From positions 1 to 42,687 of IMG/VR virus record IMGVR_UViG_3300017424_000002: a DNA stretch of 42,687 bases; one strand, 5' to 3'. Source of the DNA: a virus. Every line of letters starts with the position of its first letter. The first letter of the stretch is position 1. Below the pieces are notes generated by a model that saw nothing but the letters and a program-made list of their open reading frames with translations, was not told the DNA's origin and did not search any database. Both the position numbers and the translations under genes were made by a program. Of the stretch, positions 39,362 to 42,687 are shown piece by piece.

Positions 39362-40662
39362 CAAACAACTCCACGCCGCAACTTGCTTAGATCGAGCGTA
39401 ACAGCTTTCCGTGGTTCTTCATAGGCCACGCAGCCAGTGCCAAACGCATCAGCGCTGTGCGAGGACCAGTCATGGTTCGGCCCCAGCCCGATACCACGGT
39501 CATCATCACGCTTCTCATGATACCAACCGAGCGCCTTCAGGCCGGCAGCGCACTTCGTCTCATCGAACCGCATACGGGGAAACAACTGCCGGGCACGTTC
39601 CACCCGCTGCATTGCTGCACCCTTGCCCTGGTTCGGCACCACCTCCACTCCGTATCCTGCATCCTCCAGCGCCTTGCGATAGGACGTGTCGAACACCTTG
39701 TCCTGCGTGTCGCCGTCGTGCGGCAGCCATATCTTGCAGCGGTCCGGCGAATAACCCTGCGCCCGCATCCAATTGAGATGCGCAGATACCGGCTGTCCCT
39801 GCTGCTCATAATGGTTGACCCAGCGTATCTCCGTGCCGACGAACTGCCCTGCCCAGAACACGAAGTTATCCGCCTTGGCGCCCGTGCCACCGATGTCCGC
39901 GAACAACCGCACGATCAGGTTGGGTTCCTCCGCCACCATGGCGATACGGCCGTCCTCGCGCGCCTTGGTCAGGTGCGGCGCGAAATAGGCTCCCTCGACC
40001 ACGCGGATGAAGTCGCCTTCCCAGATATGGTCGTAGAGGTGAGGGCGCTCCTCCTTATCCCGCAGCCGCACGCGATCAAGGATATCGGGGAACCACGGGT
40101 TATCGCGGAAATTCAACTCAACGATTTTCACCCGATCGCCAGTCGCTTGCCAGAACCGCTTGTTGGTTGCGCTCTCCTCGCGCTCCGGGTTCCACGTGAT
40201 CCATAGTTCCGAGTCTTCCTCACGCAGCGTCGGTATCAGCTTGGTCCACGCCTCATCCGTGACCGTTTCGGCCTCATCCACCCAGCACAACAGGATGCGC
40301 GCCTTCGACTTCACGCTGTCGATATTGCGATCAAGCCCGGTGAAGCTGTACGTGACCCGACCATCGGCAGTGCGGATATACTTCTCACCGATATCGAAAT
40401 ACGGCAGCAGCCAGTCCGTCTCCCGGATTGCCGCCTTGATCTCTTCCAAGGAACTATCCGCCAGCGAGTTCATGAACACACGGCCGCAAAGGATAATACC
40501 TTCGCGCCCCGCCTGTGACCACATCAATGCCCGTACCGCCGTCATCTTGGCGAAAGTGCGCGTCTTGCCACTACCGCGGCCACCCCAAGCGCCCCGCACG
40601 TCGGCAATGCCGTCAAATACAGGGACTAGCTTTTCGGGCATCTGTACGGTTACAGTTGTCAT
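39361..40662 (-). CDS. terL: Terminase large subunit
   Basis: 433 aa. Walker A is GGRGSGKTRTFA and Walker B is ILLCWVDEAE, with a C-terminal nuclease-like half. It lies upstream of the portal gene. Confidence 0.9.
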   Translation of the reverse strand: MTTVTVQMPEKLVPVFDGIADVRGAWGGRGSGKTRTFAKMTAVRALMWSQAGREGIILCGRVFMNSLADSSLEEIKAAIRETDWLLPYFDIGEKYIRTADGRVTYSFTGLDRNIDSVKSKARILLCWVDEAETVTDEAWTKLIPTLREEDSELWITWNPEREESATNKRFWQATGDRVKIVELNFRDNPWFPDILDRVRLRDKEERPHLYDHIWEGDFIRVVEGAYFAPHLTKAREDGRIAMVAEEPNLIVRLFADIGGTGAKADNFVFWAGQFVGTEIRWVNHYEQQGQPVSAHLNWMRAQGYSPDRCKIWLPHDGDTQDKVFDTSYRKALEDAGYGVEVVPNQGKGAAMQRVERARQLFPRMRFDETKCAAGLKALGWYHEKRDDDRGIGLGPNHDWSSHSADAFGTGCVAYEEPRKAVTLDLSKLRRGVV

Positions 40663-40979
40663 TCGGGCCGCACTGCTGTTAGTTCAATCTTGGTAATCTG
40701 CACAGGGCCACCATCATCGCCCGTCAACTGCATCGGCAACACCTTACCAAGCAGCGGCATGAAAGCGTTGGGGTTCTTGACTGCCTGTGTGGTGAGATAA
40801 CCGACCAAGCCGCCGGGATTGTTCTCATCAGCATCACCACCAGCGTTGATAGCTGCCTGAAGGATAGCATCTTTTAGCAACGCGGTAGTTTTGTTTGGCA
40901 CGCCTTTGGGCCGTCCAGGGCCGGGAGTGCCATCGCCAACCACGAAAGGTTTTTCCTCGTTATTTTTACGGTCTGTCAT
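40659..40979 (-). CDS. Terminase small subunit candidate (DUF5681-like)
   Basis: 106 aa. The N-terminal GTPGPGRPKGVPNKTT motif is typical of small proteins preceding TerL. The gene has an ATGA overlap with TerL. Confidence 0.5.
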   Translation of the reverse strand: MTDRKNNEEKPFVVGDGTPGPGRPKGVPNKTTALLKDAILQAAINAGGDADENNPGGLVGYLTTQAVKNPNAFMPLLGKVLPMQLTGDDGGPVQITKIELTAVRPE

Positions 40980-41068
40980 CGTCCAAATATACTCCGAATG
41001 ATGACACGCGCAAGATCACGGCCGATGCCCCAGCCGAGGCCGCGTGCGAAATGGTGGAAGATGCTCAT
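40976..41068 (-). CDS. Micro-ORF (30 aa)
   Basis: MSIFHHFARGLGWGIGRDLARVIIRSIFGR, with ATGA overlaps at both ends. Confidence 0.35.
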   Translation of the reverse strand: MSIFHHFARGLGWGIGRDLARVIIRSIFGR

Positions 41069-41229
41069 AGCGCTCCCCATTGCAGAAAAACAGCCAATGG
41101 CAAGCCGGCAGCAAAAGCCCATGCCACAAAGCCTGTCGTTGACCCGGCAAAGCGGTCGAAACAGAATTTTAACGTAAACGCTATCCAAGCTAGATACGCA
41201 ATAATTACAAAGAACATAAGAATTATCAT
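41065..41229 (-). CDS. Small membrane protein (2 TM)
   Basis: 54 aa, below the track cutoff: MIILMFFVIIAYLAWIAFTLKFCFDRFAGSTTGFVAWAFAAGLPLAVFLQWGAL. The 5' half is AT-rich, and the ATG shares one nt with the upstream TGA. Confidence 0.45.
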   Translation of the reverse strand: MIILMFFVIIAYLAWIAFTLKFCFDRFAGSTTGFVAWAFAAGLPLAVFLQWGAL

Positions 41230-41429
41230 CACATCCCCCCATGCGAGCTGGCAGCGGCGTCCTTGCCTAGAAACGCACTCAGCTGATCAAGCCCACCCGG
41301 CGACCACTTCGCGATGATGACGACCGCTTCGGCGTAGGCATTGGTCAGCATCTCCACCTTTTCTCGCAGTTTGGCGTTCTCCGCCGCCATCCCCTCATCC
41401 GCGCTCGGGTTGTGTTTTGGCGTGGTCAT
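41229..41429 (-). CDS. Hypothetical protein
   Basis: 66 aa from the internal ATG (MTTPKHNPSADEG...KLREKVEMLTNAY...), which overlaps the upstream stop (ATGA). Confidence 0.5.
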   Translation of the reverse strand: MTTPKHNPSADEGMAAENAKLREKVEMLTNAYAEAVVIIAKWSPGGLDQLSAFLGKDAAASSHGGM

Positions 41430-41608
41430 GACCGCTGCTCCAAGCGAGACAAGATTGTCGAGGCAATAGAGTAAAGAAAAATGATGAACCCCATCGCCAT
41501 TATGCACATCACTAACTCAGGCCCATACCTAATTACGAGCCATACAAATACGGCAGTAAACGCTGTTAATAACAGCATGATGCCCAATATCTTCATCTGC
41601 CTGACCAT
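41426..41608 (-). CDS. Small membrane protein (2 TM)
   Basis: 60 aa from the ATG in GTGATG: MVRQMKILGIMLLLTAFTAVFVWLVIRYGPELVMCIMAMGFIIFLYSIASTIL... The gene is AT-rich. Confidence 0.5.
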   Translation of the reverse strand: MVRQMKILGIMLLLTAFTAVFVWLVIRYGPELVMCIMAMGFIIFLYSIASTILSRLEQRS

Positions 41609-42168
41609 CACCCCTCCCCCCGCTCAAGGGCGCGGCCGCGTTTGATGGCGGCGAGCGTTGCTTGCATTTCGAATTGCTGGTCGAGCTCGCCCGAACGATA
41701 TTCCGCCGCCAAGCCGTAATCGTTGAGGCGTTGAGCATGGATGGCGCACGCTTCCCGCGCCTCCACCAAATCCGGGTCCACCGGCTCGGGCGCTAAAGCC
41801 CTGGCTTCTGCGAAAGCCTCGTGAACGCCAATATCATCGACAGCCATCCGCCGTACAAGCAATTCTAGGGCTTCCAGCCGCTCCAAGGCCTCCACACCAG
41901 TCCGAACCCCGTTCGTGCCCTGACGGTGCGTTTCCGGGGCTTCCACAGCCTTGGCTTCGGCGACGTTGCGGATGGTCCACTTAGTACCGGGAGCATGCCA
42001 TCCTCCACAATCATTCGGTCCAAAGCATGTGAACTGACCATCGCGAAGCTGATGTGTGAACCAATCGCCATCATCGTCTTGCCGAATGTCGGTTATGCTG
42101 ACCACTTTGCCGTTCTCATGAACGGCCTCCAGCTTGCCATTCCAGTCGATCGTGTTATCCATCGTCAC
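41608..42168 (-). CDS. Hypothetical protein
   Basis: 186 aa with a GTG start 9 nt after SD AGGAG. Confidence 0.6.
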   Translation of the reverse strand: MTMDNTIDWNGKLEAVHENGKVVSITDIRQDDDGDWFTHQLRDGQFTCFGPNDCGGWHAPGTKWTIRNVAEAKAVEAPETHRQGTNGVRTGVEALERLEALELLVRRMAVDDIGVHEAFAEARALAPEPVDPDLVEAREACAIHAQRLNDYGLAAEYRSGELDQQFEMQATLAAIKRGRALERGEG

Positions 42169-42230
42169 AGCGCAAATCTCCTGCGTCAGGCACCGGGTTG
42201 AGCATCGACCGCTCCCCGGTGCCGTTGAGG

Positions 42231-42383
42231 TTAATCCAAAGCCTTCTTAGCGATATCGACATGATCGCCGGCATGATGGCTGATGCCGCTGGCGATCAGG
42301 ACCAGCGCCCTTTCGTACCGCGCCATCTTCTCCGCCTTGCGGGTACGGTGCCTGGCCTGCTTTTCTGCGTTGGTTAGGGGCAT
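42231..42383 (-). CDS. Small basic hypothetical protein
   Basis: 50 aa, below the track cutoff: MPLTNAEKQARHRTRKAEKMARYERALVLIASGISHHAGDHVDIAKKALD. The SD is AAGGAA. Confidence 0.45.
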   Translation of the reverse strand: MPLTNAEKQARHRTRKAEKMARYERALVLIASGISHHAGDHVDIAKKALD

Positions 42384-42500
42384 GTTTTCTTATTTCCTTG
42401 AATTGGACCGGGGGTTGGGATTTGCACCCTACGTTGCCGCTACACCATTACCGCCTAGGCCACGTCGCTAAGACGACGTTGGTGTCTCCCCGTGTAAACT

Positions 42501-42687
42501 CTACGCCAGCTCCGCCATGTCCACCGCATCCTGTACCGCAGCTTCTGCCTGCTGACGGGTGAAGCCCAGATTGCTGATTGCGGCGCGATACCAGTCGCGC
42601 ATGTAGCCAAACGTCATGCCCTGATACATAGGATTGCGATCGTTCTGGATGTGCTGAATAATGGCTTCTTGAACTTGTATCAGGGTC
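42501..42687 (-). CDS. C-terminal part of the junction-spanning ORF (same gene as 1..128)
   Basis: The stop is TAG at 42503..42501. The frame runs off the right edge and is completed by 128..124 on the other side of the repeat. Confidence 0.55.
   Translation of the reverse strand, partial: TLIQVQEAIIQHIQNDRNPMYQGMTFGYMRDWYRAAISNLGFTRQQAEAAVQDAVDMAELA
42565..42687. repeat. Terminal direct repeat, copy 2 (identical to 1..123)
   Basis: Base-for-base identity with 1..123. Confidence 0.97.

Noticed and set aside
40976-41242. 88-aa ORF from the track (MGGCDDNSYVLCNYCVSS...).
   Set aside because: Its first half is out of frame with the better-supported 54-aa 2-TM ORF (41065..41229), which starts on the upstream stop codon. 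Only its last 30 codons (41068..40976) are kept as a coupled micro-ORF.
42384-42500. tRNA-like appearance on the minus strand. It ends in ...CCCCCGG-T-CCA, has a T-loop-like GGG-TGCAAAT-CCC, and the total is about 90 nt.
   Set aside because: The T stem has an A-A mismatch and G at position 55, the acceptor pairs at only 5 of 7 positions, and no D or anticodon arms can be drawn. The prominent element is a simple 6-bp hairpin (ACGTCG-tcttag-CGACGT) just downstream of the junction ORF stop, so this is more likely an intergenic hairpin.

Overview
The window is a complete GC-rich dsDNA phage genome closed on itself. Bases 1..123 are identical to 42565..42687, giving 42,564 unique bp. I found no integrase, rRNA or CRISPR array, and no tRNA that folds into a cloverleaf by hand. 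There are two transcription arms. The plus-strand early arm (3095..15837) starts at a CTTGACG-type promoter. It encodes a Sak4-like AAA ATPase, a DUF669-like SSB, a YqaJ exonuclease, an SF2 helicase, a VRR-NUC nuclease, a Lar-like zinc ribbon, an HNH nuclease and many small unknown or membrane proteins. This arm is interrupted by two AT-rich free-standing homing-endonuclease genes (HNH 3928..4518, GIY-YIG 8145..8822). It is also interrupted by an embedded minus-strand cassette (11211..9449) that carries a Cro-like HTH and a short C5-methyltransferase-like protein. The minus-strand arm starts at 3012 and wraps through the window junction down to 16369. In order it encodes a small HTH, a primase/helicase, small proteins, a TerS-like protein, TerL, a long P22-type portal, a scaffold protein and the major capsid protein. 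These are followed by a collagen-like protein, tail tubular candidates, Gly/Ala-rich internal virion proteins with an M15 peptidase, and a pectate-lyase-fold tailspike. The arm ends with a lysis cassette containing a GH108-like endolysin, then a distal block with a Calx-beta protein, an SGNH hydrolase and a signal-peptide glycoside-hydrolase-like protein. This layout is podovirus-like. Most genes are translationally coupled through ATGA, GTGA or TGATG overlaps. The most unusual locus is a 531-bp ORF-free, helix-rich region (15838..16368) where the two arms converge. It carries two tandem tRNA T-arm/acceptor-like modules that do not fold into canonical tRNAs. Other observations worth checking are listed here.
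- A CCCCAAAT iteron-like cluster with a long palindrome lies next to the primase/helicase gene.
- A CTTGACG-N17/18 promoter motif occurs at three control regions.
- A Calx-beta domain is split across a 1-nt gene boundary.
- A 14-bp tandem duplication removes a stop codon.
- A low-GC block joins the helicase 3' end to the GIY-YIG gene.
All functional calls come from motif recognition by eye. No searches were run.
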